Below, piece after piece: positions 24,243-33,708 of a DNA stretch of 64,000 nt. The stretch covers positions 80,748 to 144,747 of the forward strand of contig OY970175.1 in the NCBI GenBank assembly GCA_963707865.1. Reading direction: 5' to 3'. The notes below the pieces were generated by a model. It was given only the letters and a program-made list of their open reading frames with translations, made no database searches and was not told where the DNA came from. The stretch's first letter is position 1. Each line of letters opens with the position of its first letter. Made by a program: the position numbers and the translations under genes. This DNA is from an uncultured bacterium (GTDB taxonomy: Bacteria > Patescibacteriota > Minisyncoccia > UBA6257 > 2-01-FULL-56-20).

Positions 24243-24314
24243 TGCCCTCGGAGGGAATTGAACCCCCATCTCTTCCTTAGGACGGAATAGCTCTGTCCAT
24301 TGAGCTACGAGGGC
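24243..24314 (-). tRNA. tRNA-Arg(CCT)
   Basis: GCCCTCG acceptor stem, TAGCTCAATGG, loop GTCCTAA, GGTTCAATTCC. Confidence 0.9.
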
Positions 24315-24422
24315 GTGGTGGAACTGATCGGCAGTCGGCTAGCGATCGGCCAGTAGCAGCCTTTTGTGGTACAGTATAGTGAATTAGACCAAAGGTCGCA
24401 ATGGCCGGATTACTGTAAAAAT

Positions 24423-24692
24423 ATGTATCCTCAAGGTTACGGTTCCTGGGCACCGTTGAGTTTTGGCTGGTTTGCGGGCGCGGGCGGATTGATTCTTCTC
24501 CTCCTCATCGTCTGGTCGCTCATCTGGAAGGGTCTCGCGCTCTGGAAGGCTGCGCGGGAAGGGAGCAAGGTGTGGTTCGTCGTGTTCCTTGTCGTGAACA
24601 CGATCGGCATTCTGGAGATTCTTTATCTCTATATTTTTAGCAAGAAAAAGATGGGGATGCCGGAGATGAACGAGGAAGCGAAAACAAAATAA
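24423..24692 (+). CDS. DUF5652 family membrane protein
   Basis: WSLIWKGLALWKAAR...WF...VNT.GILEILY. Confidence 0.85.
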   Translation: MYPQGYGSWAPLSFGWFAGAGGLILLLLIVWSLIWKGLALWKAAREGSKVWFVVFLVVNTIGILEILYLYIFSKKKMGMPEMNEEAKTK

Positions 24693-24706
24693 GGTTTTTG
24701 ATGACG

Positions 24707-24735
24707 AAAGTGCCCCGCTTTGTCGGGGCATTTTT
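24707..24735 (+). terminator. Intrinsic terminator
   Basis: TGCCCCG/CGGGGCA stem followed by a T run. Confidence 0.7.
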
Positions 24736-24783
24736 AATGTTAATTTTATATTTTTTTAATTTCTTAAATAGTACTATGGTGAT

Positions 24784-25485
24784 ATGGCGCACAAGAGAGC
24801 ACTCCGTGAATTGGTCCGCACACTTCGTCGGCGCGGCAATACGTACAACGAAATTCTGCAAAAAATTAATGGAAGCGTTTCTAAAAGCACGCTGTCGTTA
24901 TGGTGCCGGAGTGTGCCGGTGCCTCTTTGGTATGCGGCTAAAGTTGAGAAGCTGAACAAAGCGAGCTTGAAAAGAGCGCGGGAGCGCTCGCGCGTAGCCA
25001 AAGAAAAATACTTATCGGATTTATCCAAAGAACTACGGGAATGTAATAAACAGTTCAAGATGGTTTGTTCGAACAAAGACATGATGAAAACAGCTCTCGC
25101 AATGTTGTATCTTGGCGAAGGCGCGAAATGGAGAACTCATCGCGGACTCATGCTTGGCAGCTCCGATCCGAGAATCGTATTGCTTTATATCCGCTTGTTA
25201 CAGATGTGCTACGGTATAGCTACTAAGGACTTGAAGTGTAGGGTTTGTTATAGAGCAGATCAAAATATTAGAGATTTAGAACATTATTGGTCACAGGTAA
25301 CAAAGGTACCAATGGAAAATTTTTACAAGACAAAGCCAGATGCCCGTACGTTAGGACTACCCACGCGAAAAAAAGATTACAAAGGAGTGTGTGCGGTTAT
25401 GTGCCATGGAACCCGTATACAGCACGAGCTTGATATAATATCGGATTTAATCTTAGAATCATTATCAGATGGGCCTATAGCTTAG
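24784..25485 (+). CDS. HTH plus LAGLIDADG-like protein
   Basis: LRRRG.TYNEI..VSKSTLSLW HTH; AMLYLGEG helix; SSDP motif; stop codon lies inside tRNA-Ala. Confidence 0.7.
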   Translation: MAHKRALRELVRTLRRRGNTYNEILQKINGSVSKSTLSLWCRSVPVPLWYAAKVEKLNKASLKRARERSRVAKEKYLSDLSKELRECNKQFKMVCSNKDMMKTALAMLYLGEGAKWRTHRGLMLGSSDPRIVLLYIRLLQMCYGIATKDLKCRVCYRADQNIRDLEHYWSQVTKVPMENFYKTKPDARTLGLPTRKKDYKGVCAVMCHGTRIQHELDIISDLILESLSDGPIA

Positions 25486-25541
25486 TGGAAAAGCGCGCGC
25501 ATGGCATGCGCGATACGGGGGTTCGATCCCCCCTAGGTCCA
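25471..25541 (+). tRNA. tRNA-Ala(GGC)
   Basis: GGGCCTA/TAGGTCC acceptor with G3-U70, CGCGC-ATGGCAT-GCGCG arm. Confidence 0.92.
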
Positions 25542-25549
25542 CGGATTTA

Positions 25550-25807
25550 TCACTCGCGCACTTCGTGCGTTTTGAAGATGAACGAATTTTCGCCTGGCGC
25601 CCTTCCGTAGCCGCACCGCTTGCAGGAAACATATCGTTGTGCACTGTTATTTTTTAAGGTATCCAGCCACGCACGGTGTTCGTGTTTGTCATCGTCCGTA
25701 ACTGCATACATTGTTTGGTCGCACCTTGGGCATCTCATTTCCAACACCCTCGGGATGTTATGCGTCTTTGCGAAGTCCAGGGCTTTTTCAAGGGAAGCGG
25801 CGATCAT
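25550..25807 (-). CDS. Small Zn-ribbon-like protein
   Basis: CPRC and CKRC pairs; TATAAT-like boxes shortly upstream of MIAAS. Confidence 0.5.
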   Translation of the reverse strand: MIAASLEKALDFAKTHNIPRVLEMRCPRCDQTMYAVTDDDKHEHRAWLDTLKNNSAQRYVSCKRCGYGRAPGENSFIFKTHEVRE

Positions 25808-25914
25808 ATCATCAGTTATACAATTGATTATACAATGGCCGGCCATTTGAGCAGCAGTCGGCCTTTGTGCTAAGCTTTGTACGTATTTGGTGGGCGATAC
25901 TAGGCCCACCGCAG

Positions 25915-26001
25915 GGTGGGGTGGCCGAGCGGTTTAAGGCGATACTCTTGAAAAGTATTATGCGGGGAACCGCATCGTGAGTTCGAATCTCACCCCCACC
26001 G
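25915..26001 (+). tRNA. tRNA-Ser(TGA)
   Basis: GGTGGGG/CCCCACC acceptor, ATACT-CTTGAAA-AGTAT arm, long variable arm. Confidence 0.93.
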
Positions 26002-26029
26002 CGAGACAGATTTGCTAAACTAAATTAAC

Positions 26030-26548
26030 ATGGGACATCTTAATGTGGAGATAAAGGCCCGCTGTAATGCTTATGAGAAGGTGCGAAAAGTTTTGAAGTC
26101 ACGAAATGCGGATTATAAAGGAATAGATCATCAGATCGATACCTATTTTAAAGTCAACTTTGGGAGATTGAAACTAAGGGAGGGGAATATTGAGAATTAT
26201 CTTATTTTCTACGATCGAGAAAATAAAGAAGGCCCAAAAGAATCAAAGGTCATTCTTTTTGAAAATGTTCCGGATTCATCACTGAAGAACATTTTGGTAA
26301 AAGCGCTGGGCGTGTTGATGATTGTGGATAAGCAACGAGAGATTTATTTTATCGGCAATGTGAAATTCCATTTGGATACCGTGAAGAACCTCGGCGAGTT
26401 TATGGAAATCGAAGCTATTGATATGGATGGATCTATCGGAAAAGAGAAATTGTTTAATCAATGCCAAAGTTATCTTGATTTGTTCCAGATTTCCAAAGCC
26501 GATTTAATTTCCGATTCCTATAGTGATCTGCTGCTCAATTTGAGCTAA
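26030..26548 (+). CDS. CYTH / class IV adenylate cyclase family protein
   Basis: NVEIKAR, QIDTYF, LKLRE, HLD.V..LG.F.EIE. Confidence 0.88.
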   Translation: MGHLNVEIKARCNAYEKVRKVLKSRNADYKGIDHQIDTYFKVNFGRLKLREGNIENYLIFYDRENKEGPKESKVILFENVPDSSLKNILVKALGVLMIVDKQREIYFIGNVKFHLDTVKNLGEFMEIEAIDMDGSIGKEKLFNQCQSYLDLFQISKADLISDSYSDLLLNLS

Positions 26549-26600
26549 AATCTTTCGAACATCGTCGCAGGCTCCTCGCGAGAAAAATATTATCTAGATT

Positions 26601-27113
26601 ATGAAGCTGCTAGGGATACTTAACCCCGAAAACGTAACTGAGGATGAAGTTGCCAAATATCCCGTGAGAAATTCGGCGAGGGCAATCGTGTGTGACAGGG
26701 AAGGGAATATCGGGATTTTAAATGTCACGAAGAGAAATTACCACAAGTTACCCGGCGGAGGGATTGAGGAAGGCGAAGATGTTTTTAGCGCGTTAAAGCG
26801 GGAATGCAAAGAAGAGCTGGGCTGCGATATTAAGGTACGCGGCGAAGTCGGGCAAATAATTGAATACAGAAAGATTTTTCAGCTCACGCAAAACTCTTTT
26901 TGTTACCTAGCGAACCTAGTTGGGGAGAAGGGCGAACCCTCTCTTACGCAAGAAGAAATTGAGAATGGATTTAAGGTTCAGTGGTTTCCAATAGAAGAGG
27001 TGATGTCTGTTCTCGCTTCGGATCAGCCGCAAAACGATGAGGGCAGTCTTTATATTGTCCCAAGAGACAGAATTTTTCTGGAGGCGGCGAAAGAACAATT
27101 AGCTAAGTTCTAG
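26601..27113 (+). CDS. NUDIX hydrolase
   Basis: PGGGIEEGE....ALKRECKEELG. Confidence 0.9.
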   Translation: MKLLGILNPENVTEDEVAKYPVRNSARAIVCDREGNIGILNVTKRNYHKLPGGGIEEGEDVFSALKRECKEELGCDIKVRGEVGQIIEYRKIFQLTQNSFCYLANLVGEKGEPSLTQEEIENGFKVQWFPIEEVMSVLASDQPQNDEGSLYIVPRDRIFLEAAKEQLAKF

Positions 27114-27261
27114 GCGAAGAAGTGTTCGAGTTCTGACAATAGGTTCGAACATAGTTTACGACACCCCGCGAGATCAAGTTCAAAGGACTCGTCCCTTTTT
27201 AGACAACGAAAAGTCCGAACTTTTTCTTGAGGTCGAGTTTCGCAGTCCCAATCTTTCGCAC

Positions 27262-29601
27262 TTATCGGTGAAGGGCTGCAAACCGCCTCGCAAGTCCATA
27301 CTGCAAAATGCAAAAGAAGCCGATAACGAAGAGGATCTGAATAACGTTCGGGATGGGTAGGTGTAGTAAGGCGACGTTAAAAAACGTTAGAAGTAATGGC
27401 ACGTGAAAAAGAGCAACTAAAAGGATAAACTCAAACACTGCTAAATAAAAAATTTGCATTTTTTTAGCCCGACCAAAGAGGCCTTGATACACAGAGGGCG
27501 CAAATACAAAGAAAGCAAAACAAAGCGCGATAAACACGAGCGAGACGAGGGTGTTCGGCGGTGTAATTTTCATATACCTGGCGTTCATGGCGAACACAAT
27601 CGCCACGCCTATTGCCTGGACGGCGGCAGACCAAACGGCAAATGGTAACACCCGTTTTAAGAAAGGCTCCAAACTTACCGGAGGTACTTTCCCTGACGGG
27701 CGGATTGTCCAATAAGAAACTAGCAGCCCAGGTATGCCGATAGTGAAATAGTTGATCAGGGTTACATTAAATGGCGTCAATGGGTATTGATAGCCGAACA
27801 GGCTGAGCGCAATGAACAAAAAGAGCCCAACAAAAGCTTGATTAAAAAAAACGCTGGAGAAGATTTCAATGTTTCTAATAATATCATCTGCAAGTTTCAC
27901 CCCTCCCGGCAACGCGGTGAAGCTGTTATTGACGAGTATGATTGCGGCGAGTTGCCTTGTTGCCGCCGCGCCGTCGAACATAGCTATTCCCAAGTCCGCT
28001 TTCTTTATTGCGAGGGCGTCGTTTGCGCCATCTCCCACCATGGCCGTAAACCCGTCTTTTTTAAACGCCTCGATTATCTTTTCTTTTTGCTCAGGTACTA
28101 TTCTGGCAAAAATTGTGTATAATTTTACGTTTTTTTCAAAATCGTTTGCATTCCAGCCGGCCATTTCTTGGCCCGTAATGATTTTGTCTGGATCGTTTAT
28201 TCCCGCCGTGGCGGCAACTGCGCGCACGGTTTCAGGATTATCTCCCGAAATAATGCGTATGCGAACTCCGCGGTCTTGAAAAAAATTAACCGTATCGGAG
28301 ATACCTTCCCGGATATTATTATGAAACACGAATACCGCGACGACTGAAAGTTCAACCGCGGCAAGATCCTTGGGCAGCGTTTTTGTATTAGATTGCATGA
28401 CACACAAAACACGCTTTCCTTCACGCGCGTGGGCACTAAGGAGTTTTGTCAGCCACTGTTTTTGTTCGTTGTCTCGGAGATGCGGCAAAAAAACATCCGG
28501 CGAGCCGACAAGTACGGTAACTTCTTCCCCATCCCTTTTTATGCGCACGGCGCCGTACTGTCGCCAAGAAGAGAATGATTGTACTTCGATAGCCGCTTCG
28601 GGATGGGGATTTTTTAAAAATTGTTTGACCGCGCGGATTGTTTCCGAGACGTCACCCGTTCCGTAAATGTAAGATGCCACAAGGTTTTCCGTTTCTTGTT
28701 CTGCAATGTTCGGAGGGATATTCATACTTTCAACGGAGAGCGTGTTCTGCGTTAACGTACCAGTTTTATCCATGCAGAGATTCTTAATGCGCCCGAGCTT
28801 TTCAGTAGCGTTAGTTTCTTGCAGTAATACGTTTTTTCGGAAGAGATTGGCGGCGCCGTATGCGAAGAACAATGTAATTATAAATATCAAACCCTGGGGC
28901 ACGAGCATGCTCGCCAGAGTGCCGACATTCAATACTATAAGAACGATGGGCTCCTTTAATGCGAAGCCGCGAGCGATAACAAAGGCAATAGCGGCAATAA
29001 GCACATACCCCGCATATCGAACCATCAAATAAACCGATTGTTGAATGGGGCTTGCGTTGAAGGAATATTTTTTAATACCCTCCGTCATACGCGCAATGCG
29101 GCTTTCATGAAATACCATCTCCGTCAGTAAATATCCGGATCCGGCAGTAATAATACTACCGGCAAGCAGGCTGTCTCCCTTTTGTCGTGGAAGAGAGTCG
29201 GATTCTCCCGTGATGAGACCCTCGTTTATTTCTAAGCCAAGCGTATCTGCGAGTATGCCGTCGCACGGGACTTGATCGCCAATTTTTAATTTAATACTGT
29301 CGCCTTTTTTGATCTCTTCCGTAAGGACGGAGCTTTCGGAACCATCTTTATTTACACGAATGACGTGCGGCGCCGTCAGTAACTGTAACTTTTCTAAATT
29401 TAGCCAAGCATCAATATCTCGCAAGATACCCAAAGAGATATTAATGAAGGAAATGATCCCGAGGAATAAACCCGCTAGAAATTGGCCGAAAACAAAGAGA
29501 AGGATAACTACCGAAAAGATGATGCCGTTGGTAAGCAGGAAGACGTTACGGAAAATAATATGCCCGATCTCGCGCAGTTTTGTTTTGCTGGGAAATATCA
29601 T
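27262..29601 (-). CDS. P-type cation ATPase (CtpE-like)
   Basis: TGES, PQGL, DKTGTLT, SGDN, GDGAND. Confidence 0.9.
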   Translation of the reverse strand: MIFPSKTKLREIGHIIFRNVFLLTNGIIFSVVILLFVFGQFLAGLFLGIISFINISLGILRDIDAWLNLEKLQLLTAPHVIRVNKDGSESSVLTEEIKKGDSIKLKIGDQVPCDGILADTLGLEINEGLITGESDSLPRQKGDSLLAGSIITAGSGYLLTEMVFHESRIARMTEGIKKYSFNASPIQQSVYLMVRYAGYVLIAAIAFVIARGFALKEPIVLIVLNVGTLASMLVPQGLIFIITLFFAYGAANLFRKNVLLQETNATEKLGRIKNLCMDKTGTLTQNTLSVESMNIPPNIAEQETENLVASYIYGTGDVSETIRAVKQFLKNPHPEAAIEVQSFSSWRQYGAVRIKRDGEEVTVLVGSPDVFLPHLRDNEQKQWLTKLLSAHAREGKRVLCVMQSNTKTLPKDLAAVELSVVAVFVFHNNIREGISDTVNFFQDRGVRIRIISGDNPETVRAVAATAGINDPDKIITGQEMAGWNANDFEKNVKLYTIFARIVPEQKEKIIEAFKKDGFTAMVGDGANDALAIKKADLGIAMFDGAAATRQLAAIILVNNSFTALPGGVKLADDIIRNIEIFSSVFFNQAFVGLFLFIALSLFGYQYPLTPFNVTLINYFTIGIPGLLVSYWTIRPSGKVPPVSLEPFLKRVLPFAVWSAAVQAIGVAIVFAMNARYMKITPPNTLVSLVFIALCFAFFVFAPSVYQGLFGRAKKMQIFYLAVFEFILLVALFHVPLLLTFFNVALLHLPIPNVIQILFVIGFFCILQYGLARRFAALHR

Positions 29602-29659
29602 GTGTATGCGCACAACGTCGGGGTCATGGAATATATCACACGACAAACGAAGCGCTCTA

Positions 29660-30694
29660 TTATTCCTTTCGTTTGATGGTCAAAGTAAACTTGGTATAAA
29701 TCTTGAGCAAAGAAAGAAGGAGCGCTATGGCAAGCGGTCCCACGAGGAATCCGATCGGACCGAAAAGACCGATGCCTCCCAGGACGCCCAAGAGTATGAG
29801 ATAGGGATGCAGGTGCATGCCGCGATGCATGAGCTGGGGCGAAAGCACATTATAGATCAGATTCACAAGGACAATGCTCCATATGGCGAGGCCGATGCCC
29901 AAAGCGGTTTGTCCGGCAAAGAAAAGATACGCGATGGCGGGTACGACGACGAGCCATGTCCCCACGATGGGAATGAGCGAAGCGGGCACGACGAGCGCTC
30001 CCCAGAAGGCCGGATTAGGAATGCCAAAAAGGAAAAATCCGATCCCCGCAACGATCCCCTGTATGAGAGCGACGACGAGTATGCCCTTCACAACCGAACT
30101 CCCCACGGCTTCCATCTCGCGGACGATGTCTTCGCTGTACTCCGGAGCGAGCGGTACGATCTCCGTCACCCATTTTTTGAGCCGCCCGCCGTCTTTGAGG
30201 AAATAGAATAATCCGAGGAGGCTCAAGAACGCCGTGAAGAAGATTTGGGTGACGCCCGAAAAGAGCGAACCGAGGTTCTGGATAAGCCAAGTGAGTCCCT
30301 GCCGGACATAATCGCCCGCGTTGAACGTGATGTTGGGTACGGGAAGGTCCTTGAAGTGAGCGTGGAGGAAATTGGTAAGCGCGGCGCCAAGGTCAAAACC
30401 CCCGTGCGCTGTGAGGGAGGCGTAGAGCGCGGTCGCTTCCCTGAAGATCTGTATGCCGAAAAATCCGAGCGGCACGAATACGATGAGCACGACAATGATG
30501 ATCACGGCGAAAGCGGTAAGCGATTCGTAGCGGAAAGCGCGCAAAAGTTTCTGATAGAGGGGTTGGAAGAGAAACGCAAGCGTGCCTGCAAAAACAAGCA
30601 TGCCCACATACGGCGCAAGGATTGACCAGGCAAGGAACAGAGCGATGGCGAGCAGGGCCACGAAAAACCAAGTTTCCGATCGGTGGGTATCCAT
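29660..30694 (-). CDS. AI-2E family transporter
   Basis: LKDG, IPIVGT, HP..ILLGVLGG...FG.IGF..GP. Confidence 0.88.
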   Translation of the reverse strand: MDTHRSETWFFVALLAIALFLAWSILAPYVGMLVFAGTLAFLFQPLYQKLLRAFRYESLTAFAVIIIVVLIVFVPLGFFGIQIFREATALYASLTAHGGFDLGAALTNFLHAHFKDLPVPNITFNAGDYVRQGLTWLIQNLGSLFSGVTQIFFTAFLSLLGLFYFLKDGGRLKKWVTEIVPLAPEYSEDIVREMEAVGSSVVKGILVVALIQGIVAGIGFFLFGIPNPAFWGALVVPASLIPIVGTWLVVVPAIAYLFFAGQTALGIGLAIWSIVLVNLIYNVLSPQLMHRGMHLHPYLILLGVLGGIGLFGPIGFLVGPLAIALLLSLLKIYTKFTLTIKRKE

Positions 30695-30868
30695 GCTCTT
30701 AGTGTATCAAATTAGATATCCCCACTGGCAAAACTGGTATAATTTGGGAAAATCATTATAATCTTACCATGAGTTTCGAGAATTTTAAGGGAACTGCCCC
30801 TCAATTCTTGTTGTCGCGAAAATCCCCCAAGCTCTCAATGCCTCAGTAGGCGATTCAATCTAAAAATT

Positions 30869-31678
30869 ATGAACAAAATTATTGGAATAATTTTCACGGT
30901 AGTATACGTTGTTCTGGCATATGTTTTAACCATCCTACTCGGTCTTGAGGGACCGGAACTGATGGTGTATTTCGCGGCTGGCTATCTCGTTGTTGCCATT
31001 ATAGCTTTGTGGTGGACTTACTTCTTTGTTCGTCGCCGCGACTTCAAACAGAAAACGTTAATTTTTTTCTTCAGCGGCTTGGGAATAGCTGTTTTGCTTG
31101 CCGGGGCCATAATAGCAAGTAGGAGTCCATTGATTGATTTGGATGTATACCGCTCGGAGAAACATGCGGCGAGCACAGAAGTCTTTAATATGAAGGACGA
31201 AACTTTGTTTTCATCGAAAGAAAATCCTATCGGCATCCGCTTAAAGTATTCCATGCGTTTTCCTGATAGCAATTATTTTTGGGAGTCGCCATCTATGAAC
31301 CCGGAAAAATATCTTGGTGTTAGCATTTGGACGGACATGCATATTGCTAATCAAAATATTGAACCCCCCATGCTCGGAACCAACCCTCCGAAATATGAGC
31401 AGGGAAAAACCTATAACTTCACTATTGATATGATTCCTTATTTCGTTATTCAGAATGCTGATAAAACAAAATTATGTATTATGAAACCACCAGCAGAATA
31501 TGCAGATGCTTTTCAAAAGTTAATTCAGAGTGATGAAACGGTACGCTTTACGATCAGAGTTTCGGGGACAAATTTTAGTGGGACTACAACAAACGCCTAT
31601 AGTCCTAAATTATTCTATGATAATGCTGTCAAGGAAGGAGCGTTTGAGTGCAAAGAAAATCAAACAATTTATTTCTGA
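30869..31678 (+). CDS. Orphan membrane protein (AT-rich)
   Basis: Three N-terminal TM helices plus a soluble domain. Confidence 0.65.
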   Translation: MNKIIGIIFTVVYVVLAYVLTILLGLEGPELMVYFAAGYLVVAIIALWWTYFFVRRRDFKQKTLIFFFSGLGIAVLLAGAIIASRSPLIDLDVYRSEKHAASTEVFNMKDETLFSSKENPIGIRLKYSMRFPDSNYFWESPSMNPEKYLGVSIWTDMHIANQNIEPPMLGTNPPKYEQGKTYNFTIDMIPYFVIQNADKTKLCIMKPPAEYADAFQKLIQSDETVRFTIRVSGTNFSGTTTNAYSPKLFYDNAVKEGAFECKENQTIYF

Positions 31679-31774
31679 ATTGTTAATGTTCGCGGCGGGG
31701 CCGCTCATTTTTGCCCGTCCCTCAATCCGAGCCACGCGGAGCGCGGCGAGGACAGAATTCACCCCGCGAACAAC

Positions 31775-33262
31775 TCATCGTATGGAGAAAATGTCGCTCG
31801 CCGGCGTGTCTGTGGGGATTTGATCTGTTTGATCGGGTAAAAGATAGTTTACGTTTTTTGCCTTTTGCTCTGCTGGGAGGAAGGTGTCCGTGATGAAGAT
31901 CGTGGTCTCGGCAGACATGGGGAGGTCGCGGGTTATGACGCCACCGGCCTCTATCACAACATACTTCGGCGTGCGTGCGGGGAAGGCGTTGATCTCGCGG
32001 CCGATCATCACGTAATCGGCGTTGAATGCTCCGGAGACGTTCGGGTTGCTTGCCCAAACAATGAAGTAATCAACATAAGCGAATGCCGCTACGGCGATGA
32101 GAAAAACTGTCGCGACAGCAATGGCGAGTTTGCGGCCGGCATATTTTTGAATATTTTTATAGCACCAAATCTCTCCAAGCGCGGCAAAGATGATCGCGGG
32201 CGGAAGCATGAGGATGGAACGGAGCGCGTGGGGAATGCCCTCGTCGGACATCACGGCGGGAAGCGCGGCGAGAACCATCCACGCGAACGTAATGAGAAGT
32301 GCGAAAAGCGGCATCTGCGGAAGCATGTCGCCCCGGGGTGTTTCGCGGCGCCAATATTTCCAAAGCGCGTAAATACCGAGGATGATGCCGAGCACGAAGA
32401 GAAGTCCGACTGGCCAGAAAAGTTCCGGCGCACCGCTTATGTTATGCCGCCAGTTGCTGTCGCCGCGGATGTTGAACATAAGAAATGTCTTTGCGGTGTT
32501 TATCGCGAAATCTTTGAGTGGACTTGATGAGTTTGTGACCGATATTTCTGAGGTTCTACCGAAAAAGTCGGCAGGATGTTTCAAAAAATACCAGCCGATC
32601 GGCGCGGCGACGATGAAAGCCGCGATAATGAAAATGACGGCGCGTTTCCAAAAGCCCGGATGTTTTTTGAAAAAAGGGATGAAGAGCAGGAAGAGGAGCG
32701 GGGTGATGCGGTAGGCGATGTACGTATAGAAGCCGAGCGCATATACGACGCCGGCGAAGATGGAGTACCAAACGGCAATGCGGGAGGATGCGGAACGGAA
32801 CGCTTTTATCAAAAAATATAGCGCCCACGTGAGGAGGAGTGGCGCGAGGATTGCGCGGAAGCCGATGCGGGAAAAATTAATATGCCAAAAACAGGTTGCT
32901 AAAAGAAAGGCGGCGAGGAGACCCACGCCACCGCCAAAGAGTTCTGCGACAAGGAGGTAAAGTCCGAGCACCGTGAGCACGCCCGCGACTGCGGCAGGCA
33001 AACGAATGACCCACGGTTCGTGCGGCGCGTGGAAGAACTGGAACATAGCTGCGATGATGTTTACGTACAACCCTTCGCGGCCGTTGTCTTCGGTGTAGAA
33101 AACTTGATAGTGGCCGGTTTGTGCGGCCTCCGCGGCATTGTTGCCGTCAATCGCTTCGTCGGGATAGAGCCCGGGCGGGGTCGTTGTGAAATGGTAGAAG
33201 CGGAGGAAGGTTGCTATAATGAGAATGCCGACAAGAAGCCAGATCCTTTTGGATTTCATCAT
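31775..33262 (-). CDS. GT-C glycosyltransferase (ArnT/GT39-like)
   Basis: LRFY, PDEA motif, many TM helices; real start MMKSKR. Confidence 0.85.
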   Translation of the reverse strand: MMKSKRIWLLVGILIIATFLRFYHFTTTPPGLYPDEAIDGNNAAEAAQTGHYQVFYTEDNGREGLYVNIIAAMFQFFHAPHEPWVIRLPAAVAGVLTVLGLYLLVAELFGGGVGLLAAFLLATCFWHINFSRIGFRAILAPLLLTWALYFLIKAFRSASSRIAVWYSIFAGVVYALGFYTYIAYRITPLLFLLFIPFFKKHPGFWKRAVIFIIAAFIVAAPIGWYFLKHPADFFGRTSEISVTNSSSPLKDFAINTAKTFLMFNIRGDSNWRHNISGAPELFWPVGLLFVLGIILGIYALWKYWRRETPRGDMLPQMPLFALLITFAWMVLAALPAVMSDEGIPHALRSILMLPPAIIFAALGEIWCYKNIQKYAGRKLAIAVATVFLIAVAAFAYVDYFIVWASNPNVSGAFNADYVMIGREINAFPARTPKYVVIEAGGVITRDLPMSAETTIFITDTFLPAEQKAKNVNYLLPDQTDQIPTDTPASDIFSIR

Positions 33263-33281
33263 GATCTCATTATAACAATTA

Positions 33282-33707
33282 ATGGCGGACCAACCTTCCA
33301 CATTTGAGCACGCCTTGGAGGCGGATATGCAGAAACTTGCGGAGGAGATCAGAAGGCAGCGCGAGCGGCCCGAAATGAGTGGCGCGGGAGAAAAAGAGCT
33401 CCTCAAAGAAGCTATCCGCGCGTTTCCCAACCTTGAGAAATCGCCGGAGGGAGCTCCTCCGCCGCCTGCGCCTCCTCCTCCACCTCCTTCTGCGGCGTCG
33501 CAGAGTCCATTGCCGGTATATGCGCAGAACGCTCCCGCGGAAGTGAAGCTTGAAATTGAATATCTTTTGGACATTGCGCTGCGGCAGGGGCTCAGCAAAG
33601 CGTTTGCCGAAGCGCAAAAATCTTCTTATTTTGTTTTGGATACATTCCACGACGCGCTTGCGGGAAGATTATATCCGGAGCTCCAGAAACGCGGGATGGT
33701 GAAATAA
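33282..33707 (+). CDS. Pro-rich hypothetical protein
   Basis: Coiled N-terminus, poly-Pro linker, LD.FHD.L motif; abuts the next gene. Confidence 0.75.
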   Translation: MADQPSTFEHALEADMQKLAEEIRRQRERPEMSGAGEKELLKEAIRAFPNLEKSPEGAPPPPAPPPPPPSAASQSPLPVYAQNAPAEVKLEIEYLLDIALRQGLSKAFAEAQKSSYFVLDTFHDALAGRLYPELQKRGMVK

Positions 33708-33708
33708 G

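Noticed and set aside
23237-27113. Integrated prophage or island at the tRNA cluster
   Set aside because: No integrase, phage genes or clear duplicated tRNA 3' end.
27114-27260. Another ~150-bp structured element between convergent genes
   Set aside because: Only short imperfect stems (TGTTCGA/TCGAACA and similar); cannot be supported by eye.
31687-31772. Small palindromic element between convergent genes
   Set aside because: 9-bp outer stem only; adequately explained as a terminator region.
33263-33598. Gly-rich N-terminal extension of the glycosyltransferase
   Set aside because: It is the antisense shadow of the Pro-rich gene 33282-33707.
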